A stretch of DNA of 38,229 nucleotides from Candidatus Asgardarchaeum abyssi (GTDB lineage Archaea; Asgardarchaeota; Asgardarchaeia; Asgardarchaeales; Asgardarchaeaceae), in contig JBECUL010000017.1 in the NCBI GenBank assembly GCA_040225955.1, positions 1 to 38,229 on the forward strand. The letters run 5' to 3'. Position numbers and translations under genes: made by a program. Shown piece by piece: positions 7,002-15,626 of this stretch. The first letter of the stretch is position 1. Each line of letters opens with the position of its first letter. The notes beneath the pieces are model-generated. The model saw only the letters and a list, made by a program, of their open reading frames with translations. It was not told where the DNA came from and did not search any database.

Positions 7002-8262
7002 CTGGGTTGTTGCGAATATGGTCTCCCTCCGGTTTCCTCAAAGATTAAAACTAGTCATACTTTGTCTTTTATCAGGAGTTTTCTCATCAATCTTTGTAGC
7101 AATGGATATATATTATCTGAATATTGTTATGCCGGATCCTATAGTCTACGGCCTTCTTACAGAATGGATAGGATTGGCATTTTCGTTTCTTCTTATGATA
7201 TTTTTTAGTATCCCATTCAAGGAAGGGAAAACAATAGGATATTTTTTAGATCCAACCTTTGATAGGGTTAAATTACCACGTGGTAAAATTCTTCTATATC
7301 TCATTGGAGCTGGACTCTCTGCATCTTTTTCCACTTTTAGCTATTTCATTTTAACTAGTATAACAGACCCATCTACGATTTTACCTTTATCTAAGCTAGT
7401 AATAGTCTATTTGTTAGTTGCAGAAATATTTTATGAAAAGGATGCTCCAACATACATAGAGATAATTTCTATTTCTTTAATCATTATGGGAGTTTTTCTT
7501 GTCTCATTTGTAAAAGCAGGTTTTGGATTTATGGAGACATTAATTATATTAGGACCGTATAATCTTGGACTTACCTTTTATACGTATTTCCAGAAGCTAG
7601 CTAGAGATTGCAGAGAAGAGGGAATTACCAATGATTCACTCAACTTAAGAATCTGGAGTTTATTCTTTTTAACACTGTTTATGTCTATTTTTTCAATACC
7701 ACTAATCGATGATACCCGTTGGAACCTTATTATTAGATATGGACAGGATACGTACTCTTTGATTTTTATAATCATAGATATGTCTTTTGCATTTTTTGCA
7801 TACATATTTTATCTTCGCGCACTAGGTATGGGTAAAATGAGCGTAGTTAATTCCATAACATCTATATCTGTAGTACTGGGCATCCCACTAACTTTAATTG
7901 GAAATATAATATACCCAGGAGCGTTTGGAGTAATACCTACAGAATTAGAAATATGGGTATTTAAGACTATAGGTTCAATTTTGGTAATAGAAGGAATTGT
8001 TGCCTTATCTATTACTCAAGAGAGATCATATATTCTAATAAAAATGAAATATCCTTATGAATTGGACATAATGCCCTTACTTAAACAAATAAAAGGAGTA
8101 GAAAGTGTCGCGGCGGTCGCTGGAAATTACGATTATATTCTTCGAGTTAAGATTCGAAGTATTGCAAAAGTATATAACATGTTGGTTAGGAAGATTGAAA
8201 AACTTCCAGCAATCAAAGAGATAACCACTATGAAGATAATAAAAGAATGGGAGAAAATTTAA
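6985..8262 (+). CDS. EamA/DMT-like multi-pass transporter fused to a C-terminal Lrp/AsnC ligand-binding domain (probable start ATG 7018)
   Basis: About 10 hydrophobic segments with EamA-like motifs (DPSTILPLSKLVIV..L..FYEK; YLRALGMGKMSVVNSI). Soluble C-terminus SYILIK...IKGVESVAAVAGNYDYILRVKIRSI...IEKLPAIKEITT is a RAM domain. Confidence 0.8.
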   Translation: MRKRFSWVVANMVSLRFPQRLKLVILCLLSGVFSSIFVAMDIYYLNIVMPDPIVYGLLTEWIGLAFSFLLMIFFSIPFKEGKTIGYFLDPTFDRVKLPRGKILLYLIGAGLSASFSTFSYFILTSITDPSTILPLSKLVIVYLLVAEIFYEKDAPTYIEIISISLIIMGVFLVSFVKAGFGFMETLIILGPYNLGLTFYTYFQKLARDCREEGITNDSLNLRIWSLFFLTLFMSIFSIPLIDDTRWNLIIRYGQDTYSLIFIIIDMSFAFFAYIFYLRALGMGKMSVVNSITSISVVLGIPLTLIGNIIYPGAFGVIPTELEIWVFKTIGSILVIEGIVALSITQERSYILIKMKYPYELDIMPLLKQIKGVESVAAVAGNYDYILRVKIRSIAKVYNMLVRKIEKLPAIKEITTMKIIKEWEKI

Positions 8263-8268
8263 TTGCTC

Positions 8269-8949
8269 TTACCTTAATCCTAATCCAAATTTAATCTTGG
8301 TCTTTAAGGCCTCTTCCAGCGCCTTTCCTGTAAATAATAAAACAATTGCTATTTCATCTTTCAACAAGAAACTTTTTGCTAATCTACTCCGAAAAATGCC
8401 AAAACCAAGGCCGAAAATCAAACCTGAAAACCAAAGAATGAACATTAGTGAATTTGTACTAAGTCCAAAAGCTACTTTGATTGTTAAAGACAAGAACTTG
8501 TACAATAATCCCCAAGCGAGCAAAAATAATACTTCGACTATTAGACCCAGCTTAAAAGCAAAGGAAACCACGCCTATTAAAGTAGCATCAGAAGTTGCTT
8601 CATGTATTAATCTGGAATCATGAAATCCAAAAACCGTGCGTTTTCCGAGGTTAGCACCTCCTCTAAATGCAATAAAGACCATAAATCCTCCTAAAGAGAG
8701 CGGATTATCTAGCATGAGAACTCCCACAATTCCAATGACTAGCCAAATTACTGTATATATTAAAGTAAACGTCCTTTCTTTTTCCTTTTCGTACGGTATT
8801 TCTATTTTTAGAACTTTCCTCGCGAATTCTGTAATCCTACCTTCTAAAAATTTACCTAATATTAGTGCTATATTTAATAGAATAAACGGAACCAATATCA
8901 CATACGCTAGGATAACCATCCAGTCAATAGCCAATATAAGCACCCCCAC
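8269..8949 (-). CDS. Hypothetical integral membrane protein
   Basis: 226 aa with about 5-6 hydrophobic segments; no recognised motif. Confidence 0.75.
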   Translation of the reverse strand: MGVLILAIDWMVILAYVILVPFILLNIALILGKFLEGRITEFARKVLKIEIPYEKEKERTFTLIYTVIWLVIGIVGVLMLDNPLSLGGFMVFIAFRGGANLGKRTVFGFHDSRLIHEATSDATLIGVVSFAFKLGLIVEVLFLLAWGLLYKFLSLTIKVAFGLSTNSLMFILWFSGLIFGLGFGIFRSRLAKSFLLKDEIAIVLLFTGKALEEALKTKIKFGLGLR

Positions 8950-9044
8950 TTTTTTAAAGTTATTACAGCTATTATATATAAAATAATATTTAAAACAACA
9001 GTAATAACTTACTTTAATGGGGTATATTATTTTTTCTTGGAGGA

Positions 9045-10451
9045 ATGTTAATGGAGGATTACATAGAGAAAGCCTTACAATTTCTTATGGATAATGGTGC
9101 GTGCTTTGCTGATGCTAGATTCCAACGAAGAGTTGTAAACTCAGTCCTCGCTGAAAACAAGGAATTAAAAAGATATGAGGCAAATAGTTTTTCAGGACTT
9201 GGTATAAGGGCGCTCTATAGAGGAGCTTGGGGGTATGCAGCAACTACAAAATTATCGAAAGAAGACATATTAACGGCTGCAAAAATAGCATTAAATATCT
9301 CTAAAAATCTATCAGAAAAACAGCTAAATGAGCCTTTTGAAATCTCACAAGAAGTAATCAATGACAATTTTTCACTAAAGGTAAGAAAGAAGTTAGAGGA
9401 TATATCTTCAGAGGAACGAATCAAACTAGCGGTTGAATCTAACAAATTATCTTTTATTAACAAAAATATAAAAAATAGTAGAACAATAGTAGCTGATTTT
9501 TCAGAGGAAAGATTGATTATGAACACTCTTGGTACTAGAGTAAAAATAAAAATAGCTATGGTTGGCATCGGCCAGTCTGTTGTTGCAAAAGTTAATGATA
9601 GATACGAGAAAATTTTTGAACAAAAATCAAGATGCTCAGGGTTTGAGTTTTTTGATAAAATTAACATAGAAAATTTCATTGTGGAGTTATCAAAATTGGT
9701 AACCGACGTGCTGCATGCAAGAGCTGCAAAAGCTGGAACATACCCAGTAGTTCTCGACCCAAAAATTGTTGGACTTTTTGCTCATGAAATGGTTGGACAT
9801 GCAACTGAGGGCGATTTAATATTACGAAAAGAATCGATACTTCAGAATAAATTAAACATGAAAATAGCTAATGAAAACGTGACAATAATCGATGATGGCC
9901 TTGTAGATACGGGTTATATTGTTCCATATGATGATGAGGGGACAAAAAAGAATAGAACATTTGTTATTGAAAAAGGAATCCTTAAGAGATTTTTGACTTC
10001 ATTGGAAACATCAATAAAACTGGGTATGGAGAAAACTGGAAATGGGAGAGCGGAGGGGATCTTCAGCGCACCTCTTGTAAGACAAACAAACTATTTTCTT
10101 AATTCTGGTGATGCAAACTTTGAAGAGATGATCGAAGATATAGATTTTGGATATTATTTACTGGGTAGAGGAGCTGAAGGAGGAGAAGTTAATGTTACCC
10201 AAGGAACATTTACTTTTAACACAGGACCAAGCTATATAATTGAGAAAGGAGAGGTAAAAGATTTGATTAAAAGTACATCAATAAGTGGGAATATTATAGA
10301 TACTCTAAAGAATATAGAATTAATAGGTAAGGATTTGGAAGTTAGTACTAGTATTTTTGGTGGTTGTGGGAAGGAGGGGCAGCTTGTAAAAGTTGGTGAT
10401 GGTGGCCCTCATGTCAAAGTACGACAAATGATTGTAGGGGGAATAGAGTGA
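9045..10451 (+). CDS. tldD: TldD metalloprotease subunit
   Basis: GLGIRAL..GAWGYA, HEMVGHATEGD (HExxGH), YDDEG, TGNGRA, C-terminal CGKEGQ..VGDGGP. Confidence 0.93.
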   Translation: MLMEDYIEKALQFLMDNGACFADARFQRRVVNSVLAENKELKRYEANSFSGLGIRALYRGAWGYAATTKLSKEDILTAAKIALNISKNLSEKQLNEPFEISQEVINDNFSLKVRKKLEDISSEERIKLAVESNKLSFINKNIKNSRTIVADFSEERLIMNTLGTRVKIKIAMVGIGQSVVAKVNDRYEKIFEQKSRCSGFEFFDKINIENFIVELSKLVTDVLHARAAKAGTYPVVLDPKIVGLFAHEMVGHATEGDLILRKESILQNKLNMKIANENVTIIDDGLVDTGYIVPYDDEGTKKNRTFVIEKGILKRFLTSLETSIKLGMEKTGNGRAEGIFSAPLVRQTNYFLNSGDANFEEMIEDIDFGYYLLGRGAEGGEVNVTQGTFTFNTGPSYIIEKGEVKDLIKSTSISGNIIDTLKNIELIGKDLEVSTSIFGGCGKEGQLVKVGDGGPHVKVRQMIVGGIE

Positions 10452-11797
10452 TGATGGAACATGTGGAAGATATTGGAGATATTGTTTTTAGTGAATTAAA
10501 GAAATATGATTTTACAGAAGCTGATGCATTCGTATCTTTTAAAAAGAGTTGGCAGATCGTTGGAGGAGCAAATAAGATAGAACATGTTAATTTTAGACAA
10601 AATATAGGATTGGGTATTAGAGTTATAATTCGTAAGAAAATTGGATTTTTTGCGACAACTGTATCTAAGAGAGAAGATATCCAGTATGCTATCAATAAAG
10701 CGTATAAAATTGCGAAAACAGTTAACGAGGATAAAAATTGGGTTTCCCTTCCAAGAAATCTTGGATCTACCCATGTTGAAGGTATTTTTGATAAGAAAAT
10801 TGATGAGCTGTCATCTGATGAGCTAATAAAATTGTTTTTAGTAGGGCTTGAAGTTATAAAGACTGATAAAAATGCATACCTTGCAAGAGGAAAAATTGGT
10901 GGAGGAGTAGCAAGAATAGGCATTTTTACTTCGAATGGAGATTCCTTGGTAAAAAAAGAGTCTCTGGCATCAACTATGTTTGAGATTAACTATAAGAAAA
11001 ACGGTATAGTAGGTATGGGTTATGAGTATGATTATTCAAGAATGTGGAATTTATCAATAGAAAGCGTAGCCGAAAAGGCTCTTTCTTACGCGAAGAAATC
11101 CGCTGAAGCAACAAAAATAAAAACTATTAATAAGTTATCAGTGATTTGGCATAATCGGTTTTCCCTTAAAATATTAGACAACATGTTATCTACAACTATA
11201 ACAGCAGACTCTGTACAACAAAAAAGATCTCCATATATGAACAAAATAGGTGAACAAATATTTGATGAGAATCTTACAATAATAGATGAGGGATTAAGAC
11301 CAGCTGGCTTAGGAACAGCACCGTTCGATGATGAGGGTATTCCACAGCAGAATACAACAATAGTAGAGAAAGGAGTTTTAAGAAACTTTCTATATGATAC
11401 TTACACTGCAAATAAGGATAAATGCAAATCTACTGGAAATGCAAGTAGGTCATATAAATCATTACCTAGGCCATCACCTCACGACATAGTAATAAAACCA
11501 GGCACAGCCACACTAGAAGATATGATATGTAATATTTCAGAGGGAATACTTATTATAGATACAATAGGGGAATGGTTAAGTGATCCAGTATCAGGAGCTA
11601 TAAACGCTACGGTCACTCTTGGTGCATATATTAAGAAAGGTGAAATAAAAAATTTTGTTAAGGGTTTCATAGTTTCTGGAAATTGGTTTGAAATTGCAAA
11701 AAGTGGAATAAGAACTATAGGTAGGGATATAAGGCACGATTTAGGAGTTAGTACTCCAAGTATTTGGATTGATAAAATGGTCATTGCTTCAGACTGA
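10448..11797 (+). CDS. pmbA: PmbA/TldE subunit
   Basis: GLGIRV..KKIGF, PFDDEG, STGNASR, STPSI; lacks HExxH; overlaps the tldD stop (GTGA). Confidence 0.9.
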   Translation: MMMEHVEDIGDIVFSELKKYDFTEADAFVSFKKSWQIVGGANKIEHVNFRQNIGLGIRVIIRKKIGFFATTVSKREDIQYAINKAYKIAKTVNEDKNWVSLPRNLGSTHVEGIFDKKIDELSSDELIKLFLVGLEVIKTDKNAYLARGKIGGGVARIGIFTSNGDSLVKKESLASTMFEINYKKNGIVGMGYEYDYSRMWNLSIESVAEKALSYAKKSAEATKIKTINKLSVIWHNRFSLKILDNMLSTTITADSVQQKRSPYMNKIGEQIFDENLTIIDEGLRPAGLGTAPFDDEGIPQQNTTIVEKGVLRNFLYDTYTANKDKCKSTGNASRSYKSLPRPSPHDIVIKPGTATLEDMICNISEGILIIDTIGEWLSDPVSGAINATVTLGAYIKKGEIKNFVKGFIVSGNWFEIAKSGIRTIGRDIRHDLGVSTPSIWIDKMVIASD

Positions 11798-11800
11798 GTA

Positions 11801-12553
11801 TCACTTTTCTGAATATTTTTCCTTAAGTGATGTTATTTCTTTTATTATCATGTCACAAAGTTTTTTAGGTCTCGACGGCTCTCTGCATACACCTTCAGAA
11901 ATACAACTTGGCCCAGCATACTGAAAAATTGTGGGAGCTATTGGAAGAACAAGCTTAAGTATCTCATAGGCTAGTTCTCTTATTTCCCATTGGGCTTTTG
12001 CACAAAGTCTTAGTTTTAGGAAGTGAAGCAATTCACGTGCATTCATTGTCATTACAATATAAGTTTCAATAGCGTTTGGTAAAACAAAACGAGCATCTTC
12101 AGCAGGAATTCCCTCTTTTAAAAGCTCTTTGTAGATATTTAGAGTTGTTTTCATTGCTTGATCAAATAATTTCTTGGCTTTAGAATTGTTTGCAATTGTG
12201 TGAGGTACTATGAAATGTGGAGATTCCCACTTGACATATCGTTGCCCTCTCTGGGAGAATGAAGCTATTCTATGACGTGTTAATTGTTGACTAATTATCC
12301 TAGAGAAATCCCATATAAGAAAAGTGAATGAAAGATGTTCAATCACCGAGTAATGACCATAACTCATGACAGCTTTTATTGTACCCTTTACTTTTTTAGG
12401 TGGAATTCTAAGTAGATTATCAGGATCTGCAGAAGATATTGTATTCCTTCCTGCAATAGCGCAGATGTATTCACCCTCACTTATACCTTCAGGTATTATG
12501 CTTTTGAGCTCATTAGAGACTTGTGTATATGCTAGCAGTTTAACTTTAACCAT
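11801..12553 (-). CDS. thyX: Flavin-dependent thymidylate synthase (RHRx7S serine replaced by Gly)
   Basis: GHYSVIEH, QLTRHRIASFSQRGQRY, EDARFVLP, MNARELLHFLKLR, AQWEIR. Confidence 0.93.
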   Translation of the reverse strand: MVKVKLLAYTQVSNELKSIIPEGISEGEYICAIAGRNTISSADPDNLLRIPPKKVKGTIKAVMSYGHYSVIEHLSFTFLIWDFSRIISQQLTRHRIASFSQRGQRYVKWESPHFIVPHTIANNSKAKKLFDQAMKTTLNIYKELLKEGIPAEDARFVLPNAIETYIVMTMNARELLHFLKLRLCAKAQWEIRELAYEILKLVLPIAPTIFQYAGPSCISEGVCREPSRPKKLCDMIIKEITSLKEKYSEK

Positions 12554-12654
12554 AACTGCATCTCCTTAACTCTCTACTTACAAAATTATTTATGTAAGGA
12601 AGTATTTTTTCTTTTTGAGAATATAAAATTAAAATGAGGAGAGAGACGAAGCTC

Positions 12655-13689
12655 TTATTTAAAGAAGATATTCCCTATTCCGAGAGAGTTATCAGTAATT
12701 TTCATACTCTCCTCTTGAGATTTCAATTCAAACATCGACCTTACTGCATCTATGTTTTCAGGAACTACAATAGCTTCTTGATGAACAGCATATATAAGGT
12801 AAACCCATGCACCATCTACAAATATTGACTCTTCCCACACCGCAACTTCATATAAGTCATTTCGCTTCCTTCCTAAATCTCTTGCAAATTCTATTAACTG
12901 GGCTGTGTCACTAAAGCCCATAGATTTACTTACAACTAATGTTCTTGGGTTCTCTTTTAAGATAGAAATTATATCGTCCTGCGTTACGTTTCTTGATAAT
13001 TTAACCATAAGGGTGTGAACATGCATCAATGTAGTTGGTACAACATATGCAATACTTACAATATCTATATCCGAAATTATCGTTTTCAAGTCAAATGCAT
13101 GATGACTGGGAATTCTAAAGTCTGGTTTTATGCAATTTATTGGTCCTTTTTTTGTCTCTTTTGGGTCTGCAGCACGACGAATTAGTATCACCTTAGCCTC
13201 CTTTATTTTAAAGTTCTCATGTAATGGGTATATAATACGTGCCAATCCTGTTGTATTACAAGAAACCACTCGTACAACGTTTTTACCCAGTGCACTGTTA
13301 TAGTTTACTTGAGCTACAAAACTTACTTCAGCTATGTCAGCATCTTCGCCTCCTTGAAAGATCATCTTTAAGCCTTGCTTTTCATAGAGGGTTTTATTGT
13401 TTTTCCCCATACCGCCAGGGGACGTGTCAATTACTATGTCTGCCTTACTAAGTAACTCTGAAAGGGAACCCTTATACGGAAAATTTGCATCTTCGAAATT
13501 CTTTTCTGACCCATCGACAGCAAAAACATCTATGTTGCTCTTATAAGCTAAAAAAGCAAAGTAGTCTGGTTTTGTTTTTGCTATTCCTACAAGTTCCATA
13601 TCTGGTTGTAATTTAATAGCATCAGCAACCCTTTTCCCTATAGTTCCATATCCACTTATAGCAACTTTAACTTTCATCTGAAAATACAC
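12655..13689 (-). CDS. gap: Archaeal (type II) glyceraldehyde-3-phosphate dehydrogenase
   Basis: GYGTIGKRVADA, FQGGE, catalytic RVVSCNTTGL, PSHH, VHQEAIVVPENIDAVR. Confidence 0.97.
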   Translation of the reverse strand: MYFQMKVKVAISGYGTIGKRVADAIKLQPDMELVGIAKTKPDYFAFLAYKSNIDVFAVDGSEKNFEDANFPYKGSLSELLSKADIVIDTSPGGMGKNNKTLYEKQGLKMIFQGGEDADIAEVSFVAQVNYNSALGKNVVRVVSCNTTGLARIIYPLHENFKIKEAKVILIRRAADPKETKKGPINCIKPDFRIPSHHAFDLKTIISDIDIVSIAYVVPTTLMHVHTLMVKLSRNVTQDDIISILKENPRTLVVSKSMGFSDTAQLIEFARDLGRKRNDLYEVAVWEESIFVDGAWVYLIYAVHQEAIVVPENIDAVRSMFELKSQEESMKITDNSLGIGNIFFK

Positions 13690-13720
13690 CCCTTATTAAT
13701 ACAAGAGATTAATTAAAAGA

Positions 13721-14335
13721 TTAACGACTTATATACCTTCTCTCAATTGTTAATACAGTGAGTATTAAAATTAACAATAAAATTGCTAAAAATGGAGGTA
13801 TAGCAAACGCTATTTGTTCAACGTACATTTTAATAAACTCAGGAGTTGGAGAGAACTGAGCTCCGTAAATTTCATACATTGTAAGAAGGCCATATAACGT
13901 GAAAACGGGCCACACAATATATCCACCAGATAATAATAAAATTAAGCTTGCTAATCCTATACCGCTTTTAGTTGGATCTAATGCCTCATGAGGAAGATCT
14001 TTATCTGGATCAAAAAGAAAGTAATATATTAATAGAACTGGTGCTGGTTTTAATCTAATTAATTCATGAATTGCAACACCCAACTGAATTGCTATTAGTG
14101 GAATTAGTATGACAATTGCATATAGAACAGGAATATAAAGAAGTCGCTGAGGGGGTAAAACGAGGGGAAGAAATATAATAATAGAATACAATGTTAGATA
14201 AGACAGTACATAAACAGCGATATGAGAGAATATAAATTCAAGAACCTTCTTGAGCGATACTGTCAAAATAATCACCCCCAGATATATAAAATGTTTTTTG
14301 CGAAGCGGATACGCTGAAAATTGGTGATAATCCAT
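13721..14335 (-). CDS. Hypothetical integral membrane protein (start uncertain)
   Basis: About 4-5 hydrophobic segments; no recognised motif. Confidence 0.7.
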   Translation of the reverse strand: MDYHQFSAYPLRKKHFIYLGVIILTVSLKKVLEFIFSHIAVYVLSYLTLYSIIIFLPLVLPPQRLLYIPVLYAIVILIPLIAIQLGVAIHELIRLKPAPVLLIYYFLFDPDKDLPHEALDPTKSGIGLASLILLLSGGYIVWPVFTLYGLLTMYEIYGAQFSPTPEFIKMYVEQIAFAIPPFLAILLLILILTVLTIERRYISR

Positions 14336-14480
14336 GTTCAGTAGAGAAAATTATTGCTTCCATTTCGATCACCATTATTCGATGAACTTAAATAGATAAA
14401 ATAGAGACAAAATATAAATGTGCTTTGTATCATATAAATTATCTTAATGATAAAACTTTCTATATTAGAAGATCACTATA

Positions 14481-15554
14481 TTGAATAAGAAGATATTGCT
14501 AAAAGGGTTGAGAAATATGTCTGATATTATGCAATCGCCAGAGAAAAGAATTCCCGGAACATCATACTATGTGAAGATTGTATCAAAGAAACTTATTGTT
14601 AGTAGGTATGGTAAGATAGTTGAGGAAATCCCTGTTGAGGTTAATGTTAATGATGTGGCAAAAGCATTGGAGCACTTCCTAAGAAGCCATGAATTTTACC
14701 ATTCTAAAGAAAGTATTAAGAGCTTCGCAGAAGAGCTTGTAGGAAAATATGGAATGATGCCAAAGCCATTACCACAGATTAGAAAAATTGAGGAAAAAGC
14801 CGAAGTTGCTGAACCTGAACGTATTATAGAGCGCCCACCACCTACTCCACCACCCACAGCTGAGAAAGTTGAGGCACCCGAAGTAGCTGAAGAGATAAAA
14901 CCTCCAGAGGAAATAAAACCTGAAGCCCCTGAGGCCGTTACGGAAGAGAAAATTGAAGAAAAAGTTGAGGAAATACCAGCACCTCCTCTTAAAATAGAAG
15001 AAATGAAATTTGTAACAATAATTGGTTGTGAAGATAGTATACGAAAGTTTTTAGAAGAGCTGCAATTTGAAGATGAAAGTTTCTTCAAAGCGTTCGAGGA
15101 AGAAAAGACGGCAATTCTTCAGTTTGATGTAGAAGAAAAGCCGATAAAGGCTAGGCTTGTTGAATGCAGCGCTACTGATCAGTTAAGTAAAGCTTTGGAA
15201 AACTCCCTTTCTATAATGTTAATTGAATATAGGAAAGCAGATATTTTTGCAGATAACATTTTGCCTATCGTCTTAGAACATGTAGGTGCAAGAGACAAAC
15301 CAATTTTAATTGTTGATAGAACTGAAGAGGGATTTCCTATAGACAAAATAAGAGAAGTCATAAGGAAATATCCAAATGTAGCATACATACGTCCAGACGT
15401 TAATGTGTCAGTGGCATTTAATGACCTTCTAATTATACTTTCCGAGAAAACTAAAGAAGGGAAAGAGAAAATAATTAAGGAAATAAACGAGGTCTACCTT
15501 CCAAAAGAAGAGAAGAAAGAGAAAAAAGGATTCCTCAAGAGGCTCTTCGGCTAA
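14481..15554 (+). CDS. Hypothetical protein: small N-terminal domain, Pro/Glu-rich linker, degenerate Ras/Rab-like domain, C-terminal amphipathic helix (probable start ATG 14517)
   Basis: Linker PERIIERPPPTPPPTAEKVEAPEVAEEIKPPEEIKPEAP; domain KFVTIIG...FDVEEKPIKARLVECSATDQL...KPILIVDRTE...NVSVAFNDL; ends EKKGFLKRLFG. Confidence 0.7.
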   Translation: MNKKILLKGLRNMSDIMQSPEKRIPGTSYYVKIVSKKLIVSRYGKIVEEIPVEVNVNDVAKALEHFLRSHEFYHSKESIKSFAEELVGKYGMMPKPLPQIRKIEEKAEVAEPERIIERPPPTPPPTAEKVEAPEVAEEIKPPEEIKPEAPEAVTEEKIEEKVEEIPAPPLKIEEMKFVTIIGCEDSIRKFLEELQFEDESFFKAFEEEKTAILQFDVEEKPIKARLVECSATDQLSKALENSLSIMLIEYRKADIFADNILPIVLEHVGARDKPILIVDRTEEGFPIDKIREVIRKYPNVAYIRPDVNVSVAFNDLLIILSEKTKEGKEKIIKEINEVYLPKEEKKEKKGFLKRLFG

Positions 15555-15626
15555 CACTCTAAATATCAACTTATCTACAAATTTTTATTTATGACACTCA
15601 CAATTCTCATGAATTAATTTTTATTA

